From Minisyncoccota bacterium (GTDB lineage Bacteria > Patescibacteriota > Minisyncoccia > Phycocordibacterales > UBA5272), in contig JAYWBQ010000001.1 in the NCBI GenBank assembly GCA_043781255.1, positions 1 to 57,210 on the forward strand: a stretch of DNA of 57,210 bases, given 5' to 3'. A program made the translations under genes and the position numbers. This document shows, piece after piece, positions 1 to 8,316 of this stretch (positions are counted from its first letter, which is position 1; every line of letters begins with the position of its first letter). Under the pieces are notes generated by a model. That model saw only the letters and a list, made by a program, of their open reading frames with translations, did no database searches and was not told where the DNA came from.

Positions 1-99
1 AACCGTTGGTTTCCCAACATGATCTACTGCGGAGCACCTAATGCCCCGCCGACACAAAGCGGAGCTGTGAGGGAAGAGCTCTGCTCCGGGGCGGTTCAT
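1..99. repeat. Partial copy (cut by window edge) of a dispersed palindromic element, second copy at 49184-49284
   Basis: ggtttcccaacatga...ccccgccga(c/t)acaaagcggagctgtgagggaagagctctgctccgggg...ttcat is shared with 49184-49284. Confidence 0.85.
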
Positions 100-231
100 C
101 TATAACGACCAGACTAATTCTAGTTTACGCCATGGTATACTTAACTCTGTGGTGAAATAGCACCGTAGTCAAAAGTGGTGACAGAATAGTATATGTTTTT
201 AGATCACATTATTAATTAATAATAAAAAAAT

Positions 232-1023
232 ATGAATAATAAACTAACTGTAGGAATGTTTGCTATCGCGATAGCTGTATCTTTTTCCAACGCACACCCA
301 GTGAGTGCTATTGAGTTGCGCGCGCTCGATACGTCTCGAACTCCCAGCCCTACTCTCGTGCTCCCTCCTACCACGCCGACTCTTGAGGTTACTCCAACAT
401 CTCGTTCCATTATTATTCCAGTACCTCCTACTCCTACTCCTACTCCTACTCCTGCGCCGACTTTTTTGATTAGTCCTCCTGGATCACCAGCTACTCCGAC
501 AGTCATTCCATCTAACTTAGACTGGAAAATGTACTGTGACAAAATAACAGCTCTTGTGATCTCCGGCGTTAACATTACAGCGCCATCTGCCGAATTTGAT
601 CAGGTACGAGACTTAGTGACAAAGGCAAGCGCTATCTGCCAATCGATTCCAAATACCCCTCCTGCAGCACAGACCCCCTCTGGTGCAAGCACTCGTACTG
701 CCTCAAACCCTCTTACGGTGATCCCACAAAAACCGATTCTCACCTCCTTTCCCCTCAAGGGTACAGAAGGAACATTGGTCAAACTGGTGGGGAAAAATCT
801 CAAGGGCACCACGCTGGTGAAATTTGGAGATAAGGGTACGACCGTCATAGCAAATACCTCAACGAGTATTGATGTGTTTGTACCAGGTCTCGATTTTATT
901 GGCCCTAAACCTAAGGGAAAGATTACTGTCGTTACGCCAGCAGGAACATATGTAAGCAATTCTGTATTTACTACCATACCAGCTGACTGGTCGCACCCTA
1001 ATACCATTCCAGGGGGGATTTAA
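232..1023 (+). CDS. Secreted Pro/Thr-rich protein with C-terminal IPT/TIG-like Ig domain
   Basis: Signal-peptide-like N-terminus; PTPTPT linker; C-terminal PILTSFPLKG..GT.V.L.G.NL....V.FG pattern typical of IPT/TIG. Confidence 0.7.
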   Translation: MNNKLTVGMFAIAIAVSFSNAHPVSAIELRALDTSRTPSPTLVLPPTTPTLEVTPTSRSIIIPVPPTPTPTPTPAPTFLISPPGSPATPTVIPSNLDWKMYCDKITALVISGVNITAPSAEFDQVRDLVTKASAICQSIPNTPPAAQTPSGASTRTASNPLTVIPQKPILTSFPLKGTEGTLVKLVGKNLKGTTLVKFGDKGTTVIANTSTSIDVFVPGLDFIGPKPKGKITVVTPAGTYVSNSVFTTIPADWSHPNTIPGGI

Positions 1024-1224
1024 TAGTTATTAAATTATTAGCAAAGGTGATAGACAAGAAAGATTAGATTAATAAGTATAGAAACACACAGCTGGTATGC
1101 ACAACTCCTGAAACCCCATGGGCGTTGCCATCATGGGTGTTGAGATTGGCGGTATGGCGTTACTTGCTAGAAATGTTGGCGAAGGAAGAAAAATTACATT
1201 AAAATATGCTTATATTTTATATAT

Positions 1225-1701
1225 ATGGGATTAATCAAAAACAATATGGAAAATAATAAAGCAGTATCTTCAATATCAACTTTTGAGATGCAAACAGCTA
1301 TTGCGATAAATATTAAAGCTCCTGCAGACAAAATTATGCGCCTGCTGACAGACGCTAAGAATTTCACCAAATGGAATTCAACGGTAATTTCGGTTGAAGG
1401 TGAAATCAAGCAAGGTAAGACAATTAAGCTCATTTCTAAATTAGACCCGAAGCGGACTTTTAATCTCAAAGTAGTAGAACAGACAGCGACAACTTTGGTT
1501 TGGAAAGATGGTCTTGCGCCTATGTTTTCAGGAGTAAGAACTTTTACGTTATCACCAAAGCAAGACGGCTCAACTGATTTTTCAATGGTAGAAGTTTTCA
1601 AAGGAATTATGTTGCCAATGATAAAGAGTTCGCTTCCAGACTTCAAAACAAACTTTGAACAATACGCTGCGGACTTAAAAAAAGTCGCAGAAAATAATTA
1701 A
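1225..1701 (+). CDS. SRPBCC/START-like domain protein (start may be ATG 1246)
   Basis: INIKAPADKIMRLLTD..NF.KWN...VEGEI..G signature; C-terminal helix ADLKK.AE. Confidence 0.8.
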   Translation: MGLIKNNMENNKAVSSISTFEMQTAIAINIKAPADKIMRLLTDAKNFTKWNSTVISVEGEIKQGKTIKLISKLDPKRTFNLKVVEQTATTLVWKDGLAPMFSGVRTFTLSPKQDGSTDFSMVEVFKGIMLPMIKSSLPDFKTNFEQYAADLKKVAENN

Positions 1702-1720
1702 GCAAATACATCTTAACTAT

Positions 1721-2128
1721 ATGGATAAAAAACAAGGAACAAAGGAAAATCCGTGGAAACTTAAAACTCCGTCGCATACATCTGACTTCACAATGCACAA
1801 AGACGAGAAAGACGGCAAAGAAGTTTTAGTATGCACAGTTGGTAAAACTGTCTTGCTTTACGACTACCGTTGTCTTCTAGACCTTCAAACGATGCTTAAA
1901 AAGTACGGCGACTGGATGGAGCTTGGCAGTGCAGATGAACAAAAGGAAGCAAAGGAAGGAACAGTTGAAGCATGGGGACGGTCAGGAAAAAATCCAGTCG
2001 GTGGTTGGTACGGACTAAAGAAAGGACTTCGTGGACGATTTGGAATGTACATCCCGCCTCTCATGGAAGAATTAGGCCTCGCAGAACTGACACATGACCC
2101 AAAAGGAAATAAAATGAGAGCGAAATAG
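1721..2128 (+). CDS. Conserved hypothetical protein (DUF6855-like)
   Basis: GTKENPWKLKTP...GDWMELGSADEQK...VEAWGRS..NPVGGWYGLKKG.RGRFGMY pattern recalled from a conserved family. Confidence 0.65.
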   Translation: MDKKQGTKENPWKLKTPSHTSDFTMHKDEKDGKEVLVCTVGKTVLLYDYRCLLDLQTMLKKYGDWMELGSADEQKEAKEGTVEAWGRSGKNPVGGWYGLKKGLRGRFGMYIPPLMEELGLAELTHDPKGNKMRAK

Positions 2129-2330
2129 ATGAAATGGGGTGTAAATGGGGACAGTTAGCATATTTCTAATTCGCCTGAATGGCATCGGCTAACGTTCCTT
2201 CATAAGTCTATAGAACTTGTTAAAAAACCTTAAAAATTTGTTATACTAAAAAAAGACAGGACAAAATGGTTTGCCTGGTTTCAGGAGGTGTGTGAGAAAA
2301 AGATAAATTACTAATTAACTAATAATATTT

Positions 2331-2732
2331 ATGCTAAAAGAATTTAAACAATTTTTATTGAGGGGGAATGTCGTTGATCTAGCTGTTGGTGTCGTCGTCG
2401 GTGCAGCGTTTGGAACAATCGTTACCGCTTTAGTAACTGATCTTCTCACTCCTCTCATTGCGGCAATTGCTAAAGTGCCCGATTTTGGAGGACTCTCATT
2501 TACTCTCAATGGTAATCAGTTCATGTATGGTCACTTTATCAATGCACTTATATCCTTTGTCCTTGTCGCTGGAGCGGTATTCTTTTTTGTTGTCAAACCA
2601 ATGAATATGCTCATTGCAAAAGCCCGTAAAGAATCACCCGCAGATCCAACAACCAAGAAATGCAAAGAGTGTCTGAGTGAAATACCTCTTGAGGCAAGAC
2701 GTTGTTCACACTGCTCTCAAGTTGTTGGTTAA
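2331..2732 (+). CDS. mscL: Large-conductance mechanosensitive channel with C-terminal CxxC..CxxC zinc-ribbon tail
   Basis: MLKEFKQFLLRGNVVDLAVGVVVGAAFG.IV..LV.D; YG.FINA.I.F; C-terminal KKCKECLSEIP..ARRCSHC. Confidence 0.95.
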   Translation: MLKEFKQFLLRGNVVDLAVGVVVGAAFGTIVTALVTDLLTPLIAAIAKVPDFGGLSFTLNGNQFMYGHFINALISFVLVAGAVFFFVVKPMNMLIAKARKESPADPTTKKCKECLSEIPLEARRCSHCSQVVG

Positions 2733-2763
2733 TAATAGATTATCAACAATTGAATTAAAAACT

Positions 2764-2949
2764 GTGAAAACATTAAAATGCGATTTGTGCGACATAACAG
2801 CAGCAGGCGAAACTTTTGAAGCGTGGATGAAGGCACTTATGCCACACTATATGCAAGCTCACGCTGATGTAATGAACAACCCAAGCAAGACCAAAGAAGA
2901 CCAGCAGAAATGGATGGTTGAAAACAAGACACGATTTGAAGCGGCATAG
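2764..2949 (+). CDS. Small metal-binding protein (DUF1059-like), GTG start at 2764
   Basis: MKTLKCDLCD...GETFEAWM..LMPHY..AH: CxxC plus HxxxxH; the track ORF start at 2677 overlaps mscL and is unlikely. Confidence 0.65.
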   Translation: MKTLKCDLCDITAAGETFEAWMKALMPHYMQAHADVMNNPSKTKEDQQKWMVENKTRFEAA

Positions 2950-2968
2950 GGAGCATTCCCTACCTTTT

Positions 2969-3057
2969 TATAATTTCTTTTCAAAACGGCGGGGATTTGC
3001 GCGCGCACTTGGCGGAGGGGGCAAGTACACACAGATTTGTTTGTGCTTAGCACATCC
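2969..3057 (+). repeat. Truncated copy A of promoter-linked GC-rich element (see 4752-5035)
   Basis: TATAAT 2969-2974, then 6 nt, then tcaaaacggcggggatttg-gcgcgcac..gg.gga.ggggcaag...agattt.tttgtgc..agcac.atcc; about 62 of 79 positions match 4764-4842 by manual alignment. Confidence 0.85.
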
Positions 3058-3132
3058 ATAGGTTGATGTTGTTGAACTTCAATTTTTTGCGAGGATATAT
3101 AATAAAGACATTAACTACTTTATAAAATAATT

Positions 3133-4098
3133 ATGAACTGCAAACATTGTGATAATAAATTAGCGAATGATGTAAAATTTTGTAATAAATGTGGCAAACC
3201 CGTGGAGGCAGAAAAAATAGAAAAGGATATTGTGGAAATAGAATATTTTTCTATTTCTCCTAAACGATTAGCCCTTCTGTCAGTTTTAACATGGGGACTG
3301 TATGAAATCTTTTGGTTTTATAAAAACTGGGAAGCGATAAAAAAAGCCGAACAACAAAAAATTTCTCCGCTCGGAAGGGCAATTTTCGCAGTTTTTTACT
3401 GTAATGGTTTTTTTAAAAAAGTATTGCAGTCAGCGAAGAGGCATGGTTATAGCGATTCATATTCGCCTGGAATGTTGGCAACTGTTTACATAATTCTACT
3501 TTTAGTCGGCAATGGTCTTAGTAGAATTGAAAATACAACTCTCGAATTAGATGTTCTTTGGCTGTTGATTTTGATTTCCTCTTTTATTCCGTTGCTATCT
3601 GTACAAAAAGCTATCAATTTTAACAACTCAAAAATTATTCCTAATTTTGATAGAAACAGAAAATTTTCGAAGGGAGAAATAATCTTAACAGTTATTGGTT
3701 TCATTTGGTTTTGGTTAGTCGTCTTGGGAACGTTCTCCTCTCTAATTCCTGATAGTTATAACTCGTCTTCAAGTGGCTATACAACAGCAGAACTTGTTAC
3801 GGAAACAGTTAAAGAAGTAAAAGCCAGTATGATATTGCCAAGCAAGATTGACGAAGTAACGACACTTGTTGATGTTACAGCAGAACCAACAGCTATTCGT
3901 CACCACTACATGCTTTCGGGTGTTGACACAAGTAAGCTCTCAAATGATTACCTAAAAAGTTATTTAGGTTCAAGTATTTGTGAAAACGCTGACACTAAAA
4001 ATCTTCTAAACCAAAACATAAACATGGAGTATTCGTATGTTGTTGATTCGGGAGAAAGATATTTCATATCTTTTACTAAAGCTGATTGCTTACAATAA
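3133..4098 (+). CDS. Zinc-ribbon membrane protein
   Basis: N-terminal CKHC...FCNKCG; LLSVLTWGLYEIFWFYKNW (DUF4234-like); several TM segments; soluble C-terminal domain. Confidence 0.75.
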   Translation: MNCKHCDNKLANDVKFCNKCGKPVEAEKIEKDIVEIEYFSISPKRLALLSVLTWGLYEIFWFYKNWEAIKKAEQQKISPLGRAIFAVFYCNGFFKKVLQSAKRHGYSDSYSPGMLATVYIILLLVGNGLSRIENTTLELDVLWLLILISSFIPLLSVQKAINFNNSKIIPNFDRNRKFSKGEIILTVIGFIWFWLVVLGTFSSLIPDSYNSSSSGYTTAELVTETVKEVKASMILPSKIDEVTTLVDVTAEPTAIRHHYMLSGVDTSKLSNDYLKSYLGSSICENADTKNLLNQNINMEYSYVVDSGERYFISFTKADCLQ

Positions 4099-4100
4099 TT

Positions 4101-4583
4101 ATGTTTTGCGATAAATGTGGAAAAGAAATAAAGGATGGCGATAAATTCTGCAATAGTTGTGGGGCGGTTGTTGGTATGAATGAAAAGAAAAACTATTGGA
4201 AATATCTCGGCTACGCTTGGATAGTTATTGTTAATTTAATAACTATCGGCGTTGTGCTAGGTATTTATAGCAACTTGTACCAAACTTTTGAAGTCATTGT
4301 CGTATCACTTTTAATTTTGATTTATTTAAGTATTCAAACTTTTGCAATGACATACGGCAATGCAACAATAGACACAGCTTTTTCAATGAATTTTGAATTT
4401 CAGAGAATAAGAAAATTGGTACAAAAAAATCAAATTAACGAGGATGAGGAAGAAAATGAAAGAGAGGAAATACAGGAGGCAAGAAAAAAGGCTGATAAGG
4501 CAAAAATAAAGATGTACATAAATGCAGGATTTGCCTTCATTGTTTACATAATTGCTCTTTGGAATATTTTTAATTCGCTTTAG
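4101..4583 (+). CDS. Zinc-ribbon membrane protein (ATG 4101)
   Basis: MFCDKCGKEIKDGDKFCNSCG zinc ribbon; three hydrophobic segments. Confidence 0.75.
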   Translation: MFCDKCGKEIKDGDKFCNSCGAVVGMNEKKNYWKYLGYAWIVIVNLITIGVVLGIYSNLYQTFEVIVVSLLILIYLSIQTFAMTYGNATIDTAFSMNFEFQRIRKLVQKNQINEDEEENEREEIQEARKKADKAKIKMYINAGFAFIVYIIALWNIFNSL

Positions 4584-4763
4584 ATAAATATACCAGAAGA
4601 CGATAAAAATTTACTGATAGAAGGAAGCGCTTATAAAGTAATTAGGGGTGCTTTACGCTATGACGGATTTGCCACTTAAGATCGAGCACAAGCCACAAAG
4701 CAAAACTGATTCGACTAACCCTGTGTAATGAGGGAGGAATCTCCGTCATTTTATACTATTTCG

Positions 4764-5035
4764 TCAAAACGGCGGGGATTTGTGCGCGCACAGGGAGGAC
4801 GGGGCAAGCAGAACAAGATTTATTTGTGCCTGAGCACGATCCGCTTTGAGGGGTTAGTGCCGAACTCGGTCGAAGCCACAGAGTTTCAAGTTGCCACTAA
4901 ACACGGAGAGAAAGCGCCTCCCGCGAGTCCGCGAGTATGTCCAAGGTGCGCTGGTTTCGTATTCCCAGGCAATCGGAGCGTACGACGCGGTTTCAAGCCA
5001 CCACGCGCTCCTCCCGTGCGAGTCAGTCCTTATCG
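4764..5035 (+). ncRNA. Candidate ~270-nt structured non-coding RNA (unknown family)
   Basis: TATACT 4752-4757 six nt upstream; 4787-4799 pairs with 5009-5020 (12 bp, one bulge), extended by G-U-rich pairing of 4770-4780 with 5025-5035; internal stems; GC-rich relative to flanks; 5' part duplicated at 2981-3057. Confidence 0.5.
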
Positions 5036-5100
5036 GGATTTTGCTCAAAATACATTCGAACTTCGTCTAATACACATCGCCATACTAAAAAAGTATTGGA
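5023..5100 (-). pseudogene. Possible C-terminal remnant of a serine-recombinase-like gene
   Basis: Minus-strand frame reads SNTFLVWRCVLDEVRMYFEQNPDKD*, resembling the W..L..VRT(Y/F)F C-terminus I recall from CPR recombinase-family proteins; no N-terminal part present. Confidence 0.35.
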
Positions 5101-5145
5101 GTAGACACATAAACCGGTAAGATCGATATGTAGTACACTGGTAGC

Positions 5146-5673
5146 ATGCAAAAATTTAAAAAAGTATCAATAATACTGTTGATAATTTTAACCTCTTTGT
5201 TTATCATGGGAAGATATTTTTACTATGGTTCTTTGTTTAGAAATTGTATTTACACTCAAGAGAAAATAAATCTTCCAGAAAAAATTAAAAATGGTTATTT
5301 TATAACGGTTAAAGAAGCTTCTCTAATAAATATGAAGGGGGAGTATGGATGTCTTTCTTATTTTAAAAATATAAGCATTGATTTTTTACTTGCTCAACGA
5401 GAAGCTTCTTGGTCTAGTGGTGAGGGTAGGGATTTTTTTTCAGGTAAAAAGTTAAAAATGATTGATATAGTTTCTGTGACTAAACATGGTATTAGTACGA
5501 TAGATTCAGGCTCAGGTCCTCTTGAGTTTTATATTGTCGAAGATGAGTTTGGTGCTAAACATGTTATGTTGATACCTGTAAATGATGAAGATTATTTTGC
5601 TTTATTTTTCTCAGGTAGTGGTACGGTAGGTTTGCCAATTAATGATGATAATTTTAAAAAATTATTAAAATAA
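5146..5673 (+). CDS. Hypothetical membrane-anchored protein
   Basis: 175-aa ORF with N-terminal hydrophobic anchor; TACACT -10-like box 6 nt before ATG. Confidence 0.65.
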   Translation: MQKFKKVSIILLIILTSLFIMGRYFYYGSLFRNCIYTQEKINLPEKIKNGYFITVKEASLINMKGEYGCLSYFKNISIDFLLAQREASWSSGEGRDFFSGKKLKMIDIVSVTKHGISTIDSGSGPLEFYIVEDEFGAKHVMLIPVNDEDYFALFFSGSGTVGLPINDDNFKKLLK

Positions 5674-5727
5674 TTAGTGACACATATATCTATTTTAGAG
5701 CATAAAAAATATTCTATAATACCATTA

Positions 5728-5804
5728 TGGAGCTTGGAGCTTGGAGCTTGGAGCTTGGAGCTTGGAGCTTGGAGCTTGGAGCTTGGAGCTTGGAGCTTGG
5801 AGCT
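5728..5804. repeat. Heptamer tandem repeat (TGGAGCT)x11
   Basis: 11 perfect copies read directly. Confidence 0.97.
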
Positions 5805-5960
5805 TTGAGTGCTTAATCCACTTTCTCCGCCGCATTATGAGCGTACTCGCGACCAGATTTTGCGCAGTTCGAGAAGTTCGGCTGAATTAGCAAATTCACT
5901 TCTTGGAAGCGAAGACTTAGAAATCTAGCAAGATTTCTGGCAATTTCAAGGAGCCATTAC

Positions 5961-6059
5961 AGGATTGCGATTTTAACAGACTGGTTACAGTCTAAAAAAT
6001 CGGGAACCCTAAAGGATTGCGATTTTAACAGACTGGTTACAGTCTAAAAAATCGGGAAC
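5961..6059. repeat. Two identical 47-bp palindromic direct repeats (5961-6007, 6013-6059)
   Basis: aggattgcgattttaacagactggttacagtctaaaaaatcgggaac x2 with a 5-bp spacer; internal hairpin agactg/cagtct and cgattt/aaatcg. Confidence 0.95.
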
Positions 6060-6198
6060 ATACCCATGACTATGATTATACTTACACAAGTATAATCTTT
6101 ACAATTAGCAGTGTTCTTTCTGTCACAAAATTACTATCTCATCTGTTAATCTAGATATAAGGAGATATCATTCTCTGTATATCCTAATCCTTAAAACT

Positions 6199-7143
6199 AT
6201 GCTTAAAAAAATATTCTATACTACAGCTGTTCTAACCTCACTCACTTTTCAAGGTGTTTTTGCGTTCCAACCAAAAGAAATATCTCAGTATTTTAATGGT
6301 CCAACTATACAAGTAGTTACTTCTTCGAATGCTCTAGTTTCGCTATCACAGGCTGTACTAAAGGGATTAACTGATGAAGAAAAGTCAGGCATCTATTTTC
6401 AGTATTATGAGACGGAGCTGATGTGTATTGCGATATATCCAACGCCTGAAAATTGTTTACCAAAAAAGACTACGGTAGGGAAAACAAGTATCACGCTTAA
6501 CAACCTTAAATCTAATACTTCGTATACAGTTACCTATAAACGAGATAACACAATTAGATGTATCACAACACCGTGTCCAGGGAATGAGTTCGAAAGCCTT
6601 TCAACCTCATTCGTAACACTTCCAAAAAATACAACTTCAGACCAATCAAATGATATTTTGATTACACAAAATCTTGGCTATGGAAGTTTTAGCTCCCAAG
6701 TCGTGACACTTCAAAGTTTTCTCATACAACATGGGTATCTTAGAGGAACTGTGACAGGATATTTTGGAAACATGACTCGCAAAGCGGTGATGCAGTTTCA
6801 AAAAGATAACACTATTTTGCAATCTGGATTTGTTGGCCAACTCACTCGAAAAGCAATTATGAAAAAAGTCGAAGCTCTTGTTTCAGAAGAAAAGTTTGAA
6901 GGTAATGTAACAGCATATTCGACGGGATGTTTTTCTGACGGTGAATGTAGTATCTCTGTTGATGGAAAAAAAGTTGTGACAACTCTTGGAAGATCTCAAG
7001 AAGTGGTGGGTGCTGTACTAGGTATTCCTGATTTTGGGGCAATAGAAAATAAAGTAGGGTCTCATGCTCGTGTGTACGCAAAGAAAGTAAATAATGGGTA
7101 CACTCTTTACGGAAATACGAACTATTATATTGTGATTGAGTAA
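6199..7143 (+). CDS. Secreted protein with peptidoglycan-binding domain (PG_binding_1) and FN3-like segment
   Basis: Signal peptide; NLGYGSFSSQVVTLQSFLIQHGYL...TGYFGNMTRKAVMQFQK....GFVGQLTR; LKSNTSYTVT. Confidence 0.85.
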   Translation: MLKKIFYTTAVLTSLTFQGVFAFQPKEISQYFNGPTIQVVTSSNALVSLSQAVLKGLTDEEKSGIYFQYYETELMCIAIYPTPENCLPKKTTVGKTSITLNNLKSNTSYTVTYKRDNTIRCITTPCPGNEFESLSTSFVTLPKNTTSDQSNDILITQNLGYGSFSSQVVTLQSFLIQHGYLRGTVTGYFGNMTRKAVMQFQKDNTILQSGFVGQLTRKAIMKKVEALVSEEKFEGNVTAYSTGCFSDGECSISVDGKKVVTTLGRSQEVVGAVLGIPDFGAIENKVGSHARVYAKKVNNGYTLYGNTNYYIVIE

Positions 7144-7281
7144 TTGATTGAGTAATTGTAGTTAGTAAATGAATATTGAGATACAATTGAGATACATGGG
7201 TATAAGAAGGTTTTCCTTGGATATTAGTTTGGTATACTAGAATACAGACTATCTATTTAAGCTATTAAGAATAAAAAATAA

Positions 7282-7887
7282 ATGAAAAAATACATTATAA
7301 CAAGTGCTATGGTTCTCGCTGTGATAGCTTCCGTATCAGCTGAAGAAACAAGAACACAAGGAATACAACCTGTAAAAATGATGAAGACAATGCCTGTTAT
7401 GATGCGAGTTGCATCAGGAACACCAGAGCAAATGCCAATGAGAGAAATGACACCTCCTATTATTACAACAGGTGATATTGCAATAGATGTTCAGATCAAA
7501 GCACTTCAAGTAGAAATGGAAGCAAAGATAAAAATGATTCGTGATGACTATCGAGCGAAAATAAAAGCTCTCATCAGAGATAAAAAAGTTATAACTGGTA
7601 GAGATATGATGGAGCATGGTTCATCAACAATGCGTATGGAAGGTAAAGGAGAAGGTCGTTATGGTATGGGTGTACGAGGGTCATCAACCATGATAGTGCA
7701 TCATGACGGGCGTATGATGAATGGATCAGGAACACCAGAAGATGGTCGACCACCAATGATGCATGAAGGAAAGCAGATCCCTGAAGGTATGCAAGTAAGG
7801 GGGGAGAGTGCTGGAGCAGAAGGTAACGAGAGTGTGTCTTTACAGGTAGCTGTTAAGGGACTTTTCAGTAAATTCTTTGGAAGATAA
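7282..7887 (+). CDS. Secreted Met/Gly-rich hypothetical protein
   Basis: Signal peptide ending VSA/E; low-complexity Met/Gly-rich sequence. Confidence 0.7.
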   Translation: MKKYIITSAMVLAVIASVSAEETRTQGIQPVKMMKTMPVMMRVASGTPEQMPMREMTPPIITTGDIAIDVQIKALQVEMEAKIKMIRDDYRAKIKALIRDKKVITGRDMMEHGSSTMRMEGKGEGRYGMGVRGSSTMIVHHDGRMMNGSGTPEDGRPPMMHEGKQIPEGMQVRGESAGAEGNESVSLQVAVKGLFSKFFGR

Positions 7888-7936
7888 TAAAAGATATAGA
7901 ATAGCAAAGAAATAATGCTTACAACTTAGCATATAT

Positions 7937-7970
7937 AAAACCACGATACGAAAGTTTCGTGGTTTTGTTT
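7937..7970 (+). terminator. Intrinsic terminator
   Basis: aaaaccacga...tcgtggtttt hairpin plus T-run after 7887. Confidence 0.7.
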
Positions 7971-8096
7971 TCCTTTACCTCATAAATCTGCATCATTATT
8001 TAAAGTTTCCCTACTCTTATTTTTTTCTACGAGAAGTTATTTTATATTTTACTTGTACTATTTTTCATCTCCACTTTCATGTATAATGGTCCAATC

Positions 8097-8186
8097 GGAG
8101 GATTGGATGAGTGGCTTAAATCAACGGTTTACTAAACCGTCGACCTTTTATTAGGTCCGTGAGTTCGAATCTCACATCCTCCGCCA
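8097..8186 (+). tRNA. tRNA-Ser, anticodon ACT (A34), long variable arm, encoded CCA
   Basis: Acceptor GGAGGAT/ATCCTCC, G73, CCA; anticodon stem ACGGT/ACCGT with loop TTACTAA; variable arm GACCT/AGGTC; T-arm GTGAG-TTCGAAT-CTCAC; TATAAT upstream. Confidence 0.9.
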
Positions 8187-8253
8187 ACACGTTTTAGTAT
8201 CGGAGTCAACCCGTTTGCCTAAGTAAACGAAGCGACCCGAATACCTAAAATGT

Positions 8254-8291
8254 AAACAAAAATACATGATTAGTTCATGTATTTTTGTTTT
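8254..8291 (+). terminator. Terminator-like inverted repeat after tRNA-Ser
   Basis: aaacaaaaatacatga...tcatgtatttttgtttt. Confidence 0.65.
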
Positions 8292-8316
8292 GCTTAAAGT
8301 GGTAAAATAAATATAT

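Noticed and set aside
425-456. (CCTACT)n hexamer repeat as a contingency locus
   Set aside because: It is in frame and encodes an ordinary Pro-Thr linker.
4728-5120. Track ORFs 4728-5120 (+) and 4854-5048 (-) as proteins
   Set aside because: Atypical Arg/Pro-rich composition produced by GC-rich hairpin DNA; better explained as non-coding structure.
5728-6059. CRISPR array
   Set aside because: The heptamer run has no spacers, the 47-bp pair has only a 5-bp spacer, and no cas genes are in the window.
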